Assembly: GCA_964229765.1 (NCBI GenBank)
Contig: CAXREJ010000053.1
Span: forward strand, 1,359 to 65,358
Length of the DNA stretch: 64,000 bases
Source: Bdellovibrionales bacterium
GTDB taxonomy: Bacteria > Bdellovibrionota > Bdellovibrionia > Bdellovibrionales > JAGQZY01
Reading direction: 5' to 3'
Shown here: positions 7,907 to 17,471 of the stretch, in pieces
How the letters are laid out: every line of letters begins with the position of its first letter
How positions within the stretch are numbered: the stretch's first letter is position 1
Notes under the pieces: model-generated
The model's input: only the letters and a program-made list of their open reading frames with translations
Told to the model about the DNA's origin: nothing
Database searches by the model: none
Program-made: the position numbers and the translations under genes

Positions 7907-9253
7907 ATGTCACAAACCCAAGAGAAAAGCCTTTTTGGACATCCAATAGGACTTTACGTCCTCTTTTTTACAGAAATGTGGGAGCGATTTTCCTATTATG
8001 GAATGAGAGCTCTTTTAATTCTCTATATGACAAAAGAGTTAATTATCAATGCTCGTAACGGTGAGTACATTATGGGGTTTGAATATATAGAGGCTATGTA
8101 CAGTGGCCTTGGAGTTCAACCCTTAGCTTCCCAGATTTACGGACTCTATACTTTCTTGGTCTATTGTACGCCTTTACTGGGTGGACTCTTGGCGGATCGT
8201 TTTATCGGTGAAAAGTACTCCATCATTTTAGGGGGAGTTCTGATGACAATTGGTCACTTCCTAATGGCTTTTGAGTCTCTTTTCTTACTCGCATTGGTCT
8301 TTCTTATTTTTGGTAACGGAGCTTTTAAACCTAATATTTCAACCCAGGTGGGTGGTCTTTATCCAGAAGGTGATCCTCGTCGAGATGGTGCTTTTACTAT
8401 TTTTTATATGGGAATTAATCTTGGAGCCATATTCTCGCCCATTGTCTGCGGAACATTAGGTGAAATCTATGGTTGGCACTATGGTTTCACCGCTGCTGGT
8501 GTAGGCATGGTATTAGGGTTGATCGTCTATCTCTTTGGGCAAAAATACTTACCTAAAACCGCTTTTGAGAAAAATAAAGAAGCCAAAGTTAAGACAGCCG
8601 CTAAACCTTTGAGTAAAGGCCAATGGAATGCCATCTTAGGATTTTTTGTGCTCTCCTTAGCAAATATCGTTTTTTGGGGTGTTTTTGAACAGCAGGGAAA
8701 CACTTTACAGTTATTATCAACGGATCATACGGATTGGACAATTGGAAGTTGGACGGTTCCTTCCACATGGCTACAGTCACTGAATCCCCTTTTTATATTC
8801 ATTTTCGCACCTTTGTTAATGAGGCTGTGGGAAAAGCAAGGTGATAAGCAGTTATCAAGCATTGCTAAAATGTCTGTAGGCTGCATGCTAATGGGCTCAG
8901 GCTTTGTCTTTCTGATCTATATTACACAAGGATTTACTCCTCAAACCATGATTAGTTTCCTGTGGTTTGTTCCAATGATGTTTGTGGTAACAGTCGGTGA
9001 ATTGTTCTTTTCTCCTATAGGACTTTCTCTTGTCACAAAAATTGCGCCGCCAAGACTTGTGGGAATGATGATGGGGTGGTGGTTTTTTACGACAGGTCTT
9101 GGTAACTATTTCGGTGGTTATTTGGGCACATTCTACGCCACGATGACTAAATCAGAGTTTTTCACACTGTGCTTAGTTTTAGGTATAGCCGTTGGAATTG
9201 GAATTTTTATTTTACAAAAACCTTTGAAAAAAGCAGTAGGACACGGAGTTTAA
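7907..9253 (+). CDS. POT/PTR2-family proton-dependent di/tripeptide permease
   Basis: 448 aa polytopic protein. Motifs ERFSYYGMRALLILYM and GGLLADRFIGEKYSIILGG (PTR2 signature). Confidence 0.9.
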   Translation: MSQTQEKSLFGHPIGLYVLFFTEMWERFSYYGMRALLILYMTKELIINARNGEYIMGFEYIEAMYSGLGVQPLASQIYGLYTFLVYCTPLLGGLLADRFIGEKYSIILGGVLMTIGHFLMAFESLFLLALVFLIFGNGAFKPNISTQVGGLYPEGDPRRDGAFTIFYMGINLGAIFSPIVCGTLGEIYGWHYGFTAAGVGMVLGLIVYLFGQKYLPKTAFEKNKEAKVKTAAKPLSKGQWNAILGFFVLSLANIVFWGVFEQQGNTLQLLSTDHTDWTIGSWTVPSTWLQSLNPLFIFIFAPLLMRLWEKQGDKQLSSIAKMSVGCMLMGSGFVFLIYITQGFTPQTMISFLWFVPMMFVVTVGELFFSPIGLSLVTKIAPPRLVGMMMGWWFFTTGLGNYFGGYLGTFYATMTKSEFFTLCLVLGIAVGIGIFILQKPLKKAVGHGV

Positions 9254-9254
9254 T

Positions 9255-10637
9255 ATGGGAGAAAATACAGGAAAATTTCCACCTCAAATTAAATACCTTA
9301 TTGGGAATGAAGGTTGTGAGCGCTTTAGCTTTTATGGAATGCGAACGATTCTCACTGTTTTTATGGTGGAGTACCTTGCTTTAAAAGCCGGTTTTGCAAC
9401 CGAAGTTTATCATATGTTCGTAGCCGGTTGTTATCTTACTCCACTAGCTGGAGCTTACCTCGCCGATCGCTATTTTGGCCGCTTTAAAGTGATCCTCTGG
9501 CTCTCAATCGTTTACTGCCTTGGTCATGGGGTGATTGCTCTTTACGAAAATGAAATGGGACTTTATTGGGGCTTGGCTTTGATTGCTATAGGCTCAGGGG
9601 GAATTAAACCTTGTGTTTCAGCCTTTGGAGGGGACCAGTTTCATCCAGACAATAAATTGGGAATCTCTCGGTTCTACAATATGTTTTACTGGATTATCAA
9701 TTTTGGTTCTGCCACCTCTTCTGTGTTAACACCGTTTTTGTTGGCAAAACTCGGGCCGGCCATTGCCTTCGGTATACCTGGAGTGCTTATGCTGATAGCG
9801 ACCATCGTTTTTTGGATGGGGCGTAAGCAGTATGAAATAAAACCGCCTTCTGGGAAGAATCCTGACTCTGTGCCACGTGTTTTAATTTCTGCACTTAAGA
9901 ATCGCGTTCCCAATCAAAAATTTCTCGATGGGGCATTGAAAAATCACTCCCAAGAAGTGGTCGATGGAGTTCGCGCGGTTCTTTCCATTATGGTTCTATT
10001 CTTGGTCGCCGTTCCTGTTTTTTGGGCTCTGTTTGATCAACATGGTTCCACATGGGTATTGCAAGCTCTGCAAATGGATCCAATGGTTTTTGGGTTTAAA
10101 TTAGAACCCTCGGCTATGCAGGCGCTGAATCCATTTATGGTTATGGCCTTAATTCCGATTTTTGTTTTTGGAGTCTATCCCACTGTGCAGAAGTTTTTTA
10201 ACTTCACACCTTTGCGACGTATGACTGTTGGTATGGTCGTTGCCGGTTTTGCCTTTGCTCAAGTGGGTTTTATTCAATACTTTTTAGATGAGCAAATAGC
10301 CTCGGGTGTTCTTTTGGAAGATCGTATTAATATCTTCTGGCAATTCTTTCCCTATTTAACAATTACAATTGCGGAAGTTTTGATTTCTATTACTGGACTT
10401 GAGTTTGCCTATACCCAAGCGCCAAAGAGTATGAAATCCACAATCATGAGTTTTTGGATGCTAACAACTTTCCTAGGAAACGTTTATGTGGCAGTGGCCT
10501 CAAAATTTATGGGAAGTGGTCATCAAGATAGTGTGAATGGAAACTTCTTTATGTTTTTTGCTTTACTCATGCTAGGGGCCAGTGGTGTTTTTGCACTATT
10601 AGCTCGAAACTATAAGATGAGAGAAAAATACGAATAG
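9255..10637 (+). CDS. POT/PTR2-family peptide permease (second tandem paralogue)
   Basis: 460 aa. Motifs ERFSFYGMRTILTVFM and GAYLADRYFGRFKVILW. It starts 1 nt after the upstream stop. Confidence 0.9.
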   Translation: MGENTGKFPPQIKYLIGNEGCERFSFYGMRTILTVFMVEYLALKAGFATEVYHMFVAGCYLTPLAGAYLADRYFGRFKVILWLSIVYCLGHGVIALYENEMGLYWGLALIAIGSGGIKPCVSAFGGDQFHPDNKLGISRFYNMFYWIINFGSATSSVLTPFLLAKLGPAIAFGIPGVLMLIATIVFWMGRKQYEIKPPSGKNPDSVPRVLISALKNRVPNQKFLDGALKNHSQEVVDGVRAVLSIMVLFLVAVPVFWALFDQHGSTWVLQALQMDPMVFGFKLEPSAMQALNPFMVMALIPIFVFGVYPTVQKFFNFTPLRRMTVGMVVAGFAFAQVGFIQYFLDEQIASGVLLEDRINIFWQFFPYLTITIAEVLISITGLEFAYTQAPKSMKSTIMSFWMLTTFLGNVYVAVASKFMGSGHQDSVNGNFFMFFALLMLGASGVFALLARNYKMREKYE

Positions 10638-10672
10638 AAAATACCACTTTAGGAGTTTCTGACGAGGGATTT

Positions 10673-10703
10673 TTGGCTCTTTATTCATATGTTAAAGAGC
10701 CAA
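10673..10703 (+). terminator. Strong hairpin after the POT pair (11-bp perfect stem, 9-nt loop), no clear U-tract
   Basis: ttggctcttta (10673-10683) pairs with taaagagccaa (10693-10703). Confidence 0.45.
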
Positions 10704-10871
10704 TGCTTCATCAGTTATTGTTGAGTTAGTATCCGTTAAGATGAGATCAATTCCAGGCTCTGATGAGTTATATCAATGATTCAGTATAACGTATCCTTAT
10801 GGCACTACAAAAAAATATAAATTTGGCTTTGCTTTTGAACCTTGCTAAAAGCTCTTTCACAGGGGACAGCA

Positions 10872-11297
10872 ATGGGACAAATAACATTATCAATTTTAGT
10901 ACTTATAATTTCTCAAGGGGCCTTGGCAGTTAAGGGGAGCTGCCAAGAGTCCTATGTACCAGAATACACAATAGATCTTTTGCAGGAAATTGATCACTGG
11001 TCAATGGGTGGAGCCTTTTCTTCCCATGCGCGCAATGCGGGGGTGCGTTTTGATTCTGAAGCTTTTATAGCTGACTGCCCGGATCGAGCGGTTTTCAATT
11101 TTGGTCGAGCCACTGCAACAAACTGTTTAGAGGTTGATGTCTTAAGGGGTTTTGCTTCCGCTATTTGGGTGCTCGATAATTATTACCGTCAGTCTTTGGA
11201 TGAAAATTCTGATAATCCTGTTAACTTCCAAGAAGTCTATTTGGAAAAAGCAGAAGAATGGGGCTTCTTACAGTACGTTGAAGTTATCAATTCCTAG
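10872..11297 (+). CDS. Hypothetical secreted protein
   Basis: The ORF-track start at 10842 is TTG. ATG at 10872 follows AGGGGA and gives MGQITLSILVLIISQGALAVKG (signal peptide). No family recognised. Confidence 0.5.
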   Translation: MGQITLSILVLIISQGALAVKGSCQESYVPEYTIDLLQEIDHWSMGGAFSSHARNAGVRFDSEAFIADCPDRAVFNFGRATATNCLEVDVLRGFASAIWVLDNYYRQSLDENSDNPVNFQEVYLEKAEEWGFLQYVEVINS

Positions 11298-11346
11298 GAT
11301 CTGTGTTTAGAATAACCTAGAAATAAATAACAAAGTCTTTCTAGAG

Positions 11347-11518
11347 GCTGTTGACAATTTATCTGCGTAACAAGGTTCAAAACCTCACAATAATATTGAG
11401 TTGAGTGCAGTCTGAACTTTATGAGGTGTGGCCACAGTCATATCGAATTAGGTGAAAGTGAGTACGCTCAAAATTGCGAGGGATCGAAACCACAGTAGCA
11501 AGATGAATTGTCAACAGC
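11347..11518. repeat. 13-bp perfect inverted repeat (gctgttgacaatt / aattgtcaacagc) bracketing 146 bp of non-coding sequence; MITE-like or structured-RNA candidate
   Basis: Arms read directly at 11347-11359 and 11506-11518. No ORF lies inside. Confidence 0.4.
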
Positions 11519-11842
11519 TCCTAAGGAGATTGAACAGTCTCTCCTGCTCCAAAGATTTTAATTAAATGGGTACTTTCTTTTTAAGACTTTTATTCAAGAA
11601 TAAGTTTATCGAAAGCTAACAAATAGAATGCTTAATTAGGTAACAAAACATCGTTTTTAGAATAATAAAACCATTAAATGGTATTCAATAGATCTTTAAT
11701 TTAACGTTATTGAAGACCAACTATTCAATTGCTATTCATTTTGTTTTTGTTTCATTAGCATCAAAAAATGAGATTCGTCCATTTCTTGACCTCTCCCTAT
11801 TTGATGAATAAGGATCTTAGGAAACATAAACAGGGAGATTGA

Positions 11843-12352
11843 ATGTTGAATATTAAATTTTTATTGGTTGTTTTATTAGGTGGACTTTCATTTTTTAACG
11901 CTCATGCAGAAGAAGCAGGGTTAGAACTTGAAGGGGAAAGATGGGTTGGAAAGTGGACCTCTTATGTTTGCGATGATGGTAATACCTTAGCCGTTGTTGC
12001 TCCAGCTGAACTTATGGAGCATCAGGTTCAATTTACTCATATCGGTGCTGATTACAGTCTCGACAACATCACTATTCGAGCTGAATTTGTGGAAAATGGT
12101 CAAGCTTGCCAATACTCTTCACTTCTTACAGCAGACAATGATGCTTGGACCATTGAGTTGAATGAGTCGAGAGCCATCCCATCTTCGGATTGTCAGGCTG
12201 GTAAAGAAGTTATTGATACAACACTAGCGGCTAACAATTACAAATATCTTCATGGTAGAGCCGCTGTTTACGTTCCATTTTCTAATTCACAGGAAGCCTG
12301 TGGTGAAGATAACATTGGTATCCATTTTCAAGTAACAGGAAAAAAAGAGTAA
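11843..12352 (+). CDS. Hypothetical secreted protein
   Basis: 169 aa. Signal peptide MLNIKFLLVVLLGGLSFFNAHA. GGGAGA lies upstream. Confidence 0.55.
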   Translation: MLNIKFLLVVLLGGLSFFNAHAEEAGLELEGERWVGKWTSYVCDDGNTLAVVAPAELMEHQVQFTHIGADYSLDNITIRAEFVENGQACQYSSLLTADNDAWTIELNESRAIPSSDCQAGKEVIDTTLAANNYKYLHGRAAVYVPFSNSQEACGEDNIGIHFQVTGKKE

Positions 12353-12483
12353 TCCTATTTTAAGGGGCTATTGATCTTTCACTGCCACCACGGTGATTGT
12401 ATTGATAGGCCCTTTTTTTATAAAGTATTTAATGGGTTTATAAATAAATTAAGAGAATGATTCCCGTTACTAAAAAGGGCTCT

Positions 12484-13329
12484 CTAAAAGGGTCTAGGGA
12501 AAATCGAAACTCTTTCTCTTAAGCTCTGGGGGAGTTTGTCTTTTAATATCTGTTCAGCTTCAGAAGTCGAGTACCTGGCCGATAAGTGAATGAGGCTTAT
12601 GTGTTTGTTTTTGAAATCATCAAAGTGATCAATAATTTCATTAAGATGAATGTGGCCCCATTTTCTTGTTTTTTCACGTGATTTTTTTTCATCTAAATAA
12701 GTGCACTCTGTAAAAAGCAAAGGAGTTCTCATAATATCTTTGTGTGAACTTATAAACTCTATTTGAGTGTCTCCGGTGAAACAAAAGAGTGGATCGAGGA
12801 TCTCTTCTTCAATCTTAAAGCCTCGTTGTTTTATCTCTTGGATTTGTTTTTGATCTAATCCATGAAATTCTAACTTGAGCTTTTTCTTCTTTAAATAAAC
12901 GAGATAGCCAAAAGAGTCCACGCGATGCTGGGTGGGAAAAACACGAATTTGATAATTTCCCGCTAGATCAAAAGTAAAGTCTTCTGTAACGGGTATAAGT
13001 TGATATTTAAAATTAAAACCTTCCAATTGCTCCCAGAGTTGAATGATTCTTTGAACTTTATCAACTGTGGAAGCTGGTAAGAGTATGGGGACTTCAGGGA
13101 GTCGATAAAGGGAGCGTTGAGATAAAACATAGTTAATACCAGCTCCATGGTCGGCGTGAAGATGGGTTAAACAATAAAGTTTTGCATTGAATGTGAATGG
13201 GAGCCCTTGACCAAGATCAAAAGCAATTTTAGCATTATTAAAAAAAAGCGAGGTCGTTTGCCCCGCTACACTGTATCCATTAAAGCTGAGGCTTTCCCAT
13301 TTCCAGGGAAATCCCTTTGTTAAACTCAT
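12484..13329 (-). CDS. MBL-fold metallo-hydrolase, RNase Z-like
   Basis: 281 aa. HxHxDH motif (THLHADHG), then GDT, ECT, GH and HLSARY blocks in the RNase Z order. It overlaps the upstream gene by 4 nt. Confidence 0.7.
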   Translation of the reverse strand: MSLTKGFPWKWESLSFNGYSVAGQTTSLFFNNAKIAFDLGQGLPFTFNAKLYCLTHLHADHGAGINYVLSQRSLYRLPEVPILLPASTVDKVQRIIQLWEQLEGFNFKYQLIPVTEDFTFDLAGNYQIRVFPTQHRVDSFGYLVYLKKKKLKLEFHGLDQKQIQEIKQRGFKIEEEILDPLFCFTGDTQIEFISSHKDIMRTPLLFTECTYLDEKKSREKTRKWGHIHLNEIIDHFDDFKNKHISLIHLSARYSTSEAEQILKDKLPQSLRERVSIFPRPF

Positions 13330-14621
13330 CCGTTTGTAGCCAAAGTTTTAGCAACCACATCATGATTGAGCCATTGAACCGGTTTTTCACAGGTCCAAGA
13401 GTCATGAAATATTAATTCTCCAGTGGCCTTGAAGACTTCTTCTGAAAGAGGAAAAGTTATAAGCTCCTTAGGATCTTTATGCATAGAAATAAGTTGATCT
13501 GAAGAGTCGAGCATATACTGAATTTGATCTTGAGAGTTGTGTTGTGGCCACTTTTCAAAATGACTGTGAGAAGTTATGAGATCGTTTTTACAGTATTCAC
13601 TGGTGAACTTCATAATTTCATCGAAACTGTGATCCTCTTTGAGAAGGTTTTTACAGGTCTTTAAAATATTCTGGCAATAATCAGAGTTCACACCTTCTTT
13701 TGAGAGGGCTCCTACAAGAGGGTAGAGTGAAACTTCAACTCCTTGAAAAATACTAGAAGAGTTGGTGAGGATTTCAGGGCAGTTATAAACTGTGCATTGA
13801 ATGCCTTGCTTGTGAAAATCTTTACAATGATTTTCAAGCTCCATTTTAGCCCAGCCTTGAAAGTAAGGGGTGTAAGTCTGCCATTGGTACTCATCATCAA
13901 TAAGAATCTCAGTTCCATGATATCCGTAGGCTGTGTAAGAAACCTGACCGCCTTGGGATTCAATGGAGTGGCGAAGGTCAGCGCTAAGCTCAACTAAGTG
14001 TTTGAAGGTGTGAGCTGTTACATCACTAAAGTTGAGTTGACTCATTTTTCCAAGTTGAGAATCAAAAAGCTCTTTTGAAGGAATAAAGCGATCGCCACGG
14101 CCTTTAAAAACTTTGTTCATTACAGGCATAAGAATTTTTGCTCTAGGAACACCACCAGCCATAATATGAGCAAATAAAACATTGGCTCCCTCAGGGATAT
14201 GTTTTTGAAGCTCTTTCATATAAAGGGATACATTATTACGAAAACGTTCAGTGCCCCTTTCCTGGGAATCAAGAATAGAATTCCAATCTAAATGATCTTT
14301 ACTCCATTCATTCATCTTAATTCCTTTGAGCTGATCACAGGGGGTTTGGCCCTTAGAATCTTCTTGCATATCAAAGCCAGCTTCCAACGGAATGTTAATA
14401 AGGGGAGTCGGTTGTTTTTCCAATTCTTCACTGTTAAGAGCGCGCAGTTGACCATCATTATCTCGCCGTCCGACAGTTGAATAAATAATTGTCATACCTT
14501 GCTTTTTAGCCTCATCAACTAAACCATTTGCGTAGCCTTTTGAAAAAAGCTCTCCAAAAAGGACCATAACGTCCCCTTTTTTGTATCCGCTTTCAGTGGG
14601 TGGTTTTCTCAATGCATCCAT
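13326..14621 (-). CDS. Divergent FabV / trans-2-enoyl-CoA reductase-like protein (tentative)
   Basis: 431 aa from ATG 14621 (AAGGAG 7 nt upstream); the ORF-track start 14690 has no RBS. By-eye similarity to FabV blocks: TAYGYHGTE (FabV AYSYIGTE), YTPYFQGWAKMELE (Y-X8-K, FabV YWDGALGRAKMDLD), TNSSSIFQGVEVSLYP (FabV TQASSAIPVMPLY). Confidence 0.45.
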   Translation of the reverse strand: MDALRKPPTESGYKKGDVMVLFGELFSKGYANGLVDEAKKQGMTIIYSTVGRRDNDGQLRALNSEELEKQPTPLINIPLEAGFDMQEDSKGQTPCDQLKGIKMNEWSKDHLDWNSILDSQERGTERFRNNVSLYMKELQKHIPEGANVLFAHIMAGGVPRAKILMPVMNKVFKGRGDRFIPSKELFDSQLGKMSQLNFSDVTAHTFKHLVELSADLRHSIESQGGQVSYTAYGYHGTEILIDDEYQWQTYTPYFQGWAKMELENHCKDFHKQGIQCTVYNCPEILTNSSSIFQGVEVSLYPLVGALSKEGVNSDYCQNILKTCKNLLKEDHSFDEIMKFTSEYCKNDLITSHSHFEKWPQHNSQDQIQYMLDSSDQLISMHKDPKELITFPLSEEVFKATGELIFHDSWTCEKPVQWLNHDVVAKTLATNG

Positions 14622-14775
14622 TGAAATTCTCCTTATTAAAATTAAAGAGAGGATACTACGTTCAAGCTTGTTTTGAGTCAACAGAGCCAATGAGTCATAG
14701 TGTGCTGTAAGTTACTAATAATACATAATAAAATAACTTTACGTCTGTAAGTTTGGAAGTCTTGCGGGCTATTAC

Positions 14776-15525
14776 TTAAAGGCTTTCAAGGAAACGTAGG
14801 CTTCTGATGCCAAACCAGCTGTAGGACTCACCATTAACGATGGCTGCTGGTCGATTGAGGGATTGAATCCAATCTTCTTCTTTAAGAAAGTCATAGGGTT
14901 CAGAAGAAAAGAGTAATAAAACATCTTCGGGGATGTCTTGCAGATTTATTTTTGGATACTTTTCTTTACAAACTGAGGGATAAATATCAATTCCAAGGTG
15001 TTTGAGTGTGTGTCCAATATAAGTATTAGCTGTGATAACCATAAAAGGATTTTTCCAGATTATATAGGCCACTTTGTCTATTGGTCGATCAATGGGGTGA
15101 ATCCATTTTAGAATCTGAGGAAGACTCTCTATTTTGAGATTGAGTTTCCTTTTGATCACTTTGTCCCAGCGTTTTTTAAGGAGTTCTATATTGAGGCTTT
15201 GTTCATCGGTAAGAGAGATACGTGAATCATGGGTGAGGTTGTCCAATGATTCGTATATGGACTTTATGTCACTAATGTGAGTCGTAAAGAAATGGAAGTC
15301 CTTTAATTCTAAGATGGTTTTTGGATTTTCTTCTTTGTCGATAAGAATGATGTCTGGATTTAAAGATCTAATTTTAGAAAAAGGAATATCTTTTGTGCCA
15401 CCAATAATGGGTATATTTTGAACTTTATTTTTAGGGTGAATACAATAGCGTGTCCGTCCAATAACATTAAACCCTAACTCTATCCAAGTTTCAGTCCAAG
15501 AAGGGACTAGACTAATCCATTTCAT
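14776..15525 (-). CDS. BtuF/TroA-fold (periplasmic-binding-protein type 2) helical-backbone metal or cobalamin binding-like protein, no signal peptide
   Basis: 249 aa. ISLVPSWTETWIELGFNVIGRTRYCIHP...GGTKDIPFSKIRSLNPDIILIDKEEN matches the family N-terminal pattern. Confidence 0.6.
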   Translation of the reverse strand: MKWISLVPSWTETWIELGFNVIGRTRYCIHPKNKVQNIPIIGGTKDIPFSKIRSLNPDIILIDKEENPKTILELKDFHFFTTHISDIKSIYESLDNLTHDSRISLTDEQSLNIELLKKRWDKVIKRKLNLKIESLPQILKWIHPIDRPIDKVAYIIWKNPFMVITANTYIGHTLKHLGIDIYPSVCKEKYPKINLQDIPEDVLLLFSSEPYDFLKEEDWIQSLNRPAAIVNGESYSWFGIRSLRFLESL

Positions 15526-16148
15526 TGTTTCTTTATATCATACTTTAGTTGCTAGGACTGGTTTTATTCTTTTCATATTCAATAGGAGTTGCATCAGTTT
15601 TATTGCTGGAAGGTTGGTTTTTTCTATCTAAGTATTAGAAGCATAATATTAGTAGTAGGTCTGGGAAGTACTTAATTTAATAATAAATTGTGTTAGCTAT
15701 TAATAACTAGATTATTGATGAATGCTAGTTCATATCGTGAAGTGAATAACAAAAAGATTCAGTGAGAAAATATAAATATACAATATATGTTTATGTTGAA
15801 TTCTAAAGCTGCCCATTAGAAAAATGTGTAAAATAATAAATATTTTAGCGACACTATTTTATGATCAGACATACTATAAATCATACATGAGTCTCATAAG
15901 CCTGCGCTTTTTTAAGGCTTTTCGCAATTTCTCTCAAATTTAGAACATATATTTATTTCAATAAAATTGAAAAAAGTTCAGGAAAAAATGCAATAAAAGT
16001 GACCAAAAAAGTCCGGTGTCAAATTATTAGACAGTGTGGAACAAGTGTTCTCAATAGGTTACAAGAAAATTGTTAAGGTACGGTTATTGTAATGTATACA
16101 AGTGAAAAATTAAATCGGTTAACTTACTATGTTTTTGTCAGGGGAAAC

Positions 16149-17471
16149 ATGAAGAATAACAGCGAGATATATTCCTTTAAAGGGAATGTATTTAAAATTT
16201 ATTTTTGGTGCCTTTTTGCAACCACACTTTTGGTTGCAACAAAGGGGTATGCGCAAACAGCGGAAAAAGAAGCTGGTGCTCGCTTTGATTCTTTAAAAGA
16301 ACTTCCCGTTGTTGAGGAAGAAGAGAAAAGTGAGAAGTACGATTCCTCAATTCAAAGATCCAATTTCTTAAGTCAAAAACCTCAGTATGAAAAAGAAATT
16401 GAAGAAGCTGTTAAAAACAGAAGATCTCAGTTCTTTTGGAAATTGCGAATGGATGGACAGTCTTTACAGACAGATTCTAATATACAGTCACAAATTGCTG
16501 GTGGAGCTTTTGGATTAAAATTTAACTATGAATTAGTTGAAGGTCTTCAATTCAAATCACGTGGAAATGTAAACTTTCAAACGGGAAGAACACAAGACGT
16601 ATTTGGCGATCAAGAACCAAGTTCTGGTCTTTATCCTAGAGACTTTAAAATTCACTATAGACCTTTTGAAGATTATTTAGATCTTGAAGCAGGAGTTATT
16701 AGTCAGGGTAAATTTAACGAGCCACTATTTGTATCCAGTCTACCCTTTATTGGATTTAGCGAAAATTTTAATTATGAGGTCGGTGCGGTAACTCTTCGTT
16801 TAGGGGCTCAACAGATGGTGCCAACCTCTTATACGCAATCCACTCGTGTTTCTGAAAGGGAGCAAGTTCCTCAATTTGGGACTCAAACAGTAGCGGCTAA
16901 ATGGATGATAAGTCGTAACAATTTTCTAGATGCCTCTGTGACACACTTTTCCTATAAAAACCTACCTTCTGTTGTGGCTTTTAACAGTTTTATTTATGGA
17001 AACACCGTTACTAATACAGACATTAATAATGCTGAGTTCATTTACGGATTTGATGGCTTTCTCAATCAAGTGACTTTTGAGCAAAAAATAACAAACAGTT
17101 TAAGTGCTCAGTTGCAATGGAATACGATTCAAAATAATAAAGCGCCGAGTGATTCTGGCGAGGCTCAAAGTATCAACTTGTGGTTAGCTAATGATTTTGG
17201 TCGTTGGATAGTGGCCACTCACTATAAAGATTATTTTATTGAGTCGGATGCTGTCCCCTCTTTTTATAACTCTCATTATTTGGGGCATAATAATCGCATC
17301 GGTCATTCCTATCGTATTGATGTGGAATCAAAAAAATGGGGTGTTATTTTTAGCGCTTCATACACTAAAGCGAATTTATTACAAACTGCGAATCGTCGAA
17401 TTGATGGATTACAACAAGATAATCAGCAAATTTTCTATCTAAGCGTGGAGACCCTTTATGACTTTATTTAA
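16149..17471 (+). CDS. Outer-membrane beta-barrel protein (unknown family)
   Basis: 440 aa from ATG 16149 (GGGGA upstream). Signal peptide ...LLVATKGYAQT, then a charged linker, then alternating beta-strand pattern to the C-terminal ETLYDFI. Its end overlaps the next gene by 14 nt. Confidence 0.65.
   Translation: MKNNSEIYSFKGNVFKIYFWCLFATTLLVATKGYAQTAEKEAGARFDSLKELPVVEEEEKSEKYDSSIQRSNFLSQKPQYEKEIEEAVKNRRSQFFWKLRMDGQSLQTDSNIQSQIAGGAFGLKFNYELVEGLQFKSRGNVNFQTGRTQDVFGDQEPSSGLYPRDFKIHYRPFEDYLDLEAGVISQGKFNEPLFVSSLPFIGFSENFNYEVGAVTLRLGAQQMVPTSYTQSTRVSEREQVPQFGTQTVAAKWMISRNNFLDASVTHFSYKNLPSVVAFNSFIYGNTVTNTDINNAEFIYGFDGFLNQVTFEQKITNSLSAQLQWNTIQNNKAPSDSGEAQSINLWLANDFGRWIVATHYKDYFIESDAVPSFYNSHYLGHNNRIGHSYRIDVESKKWGVIFSASYTKANLLQTANRRIDGLQQDNQQIFYLSVETLYDFI

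Noticed and set aside
11374-11384. ggttcaaaacc resembling a tRNA T-arm/T-loop
   Set aside because: No acceptor stem, D-arm or anticodon arm can be drawn around it, so it is not a tRNA.
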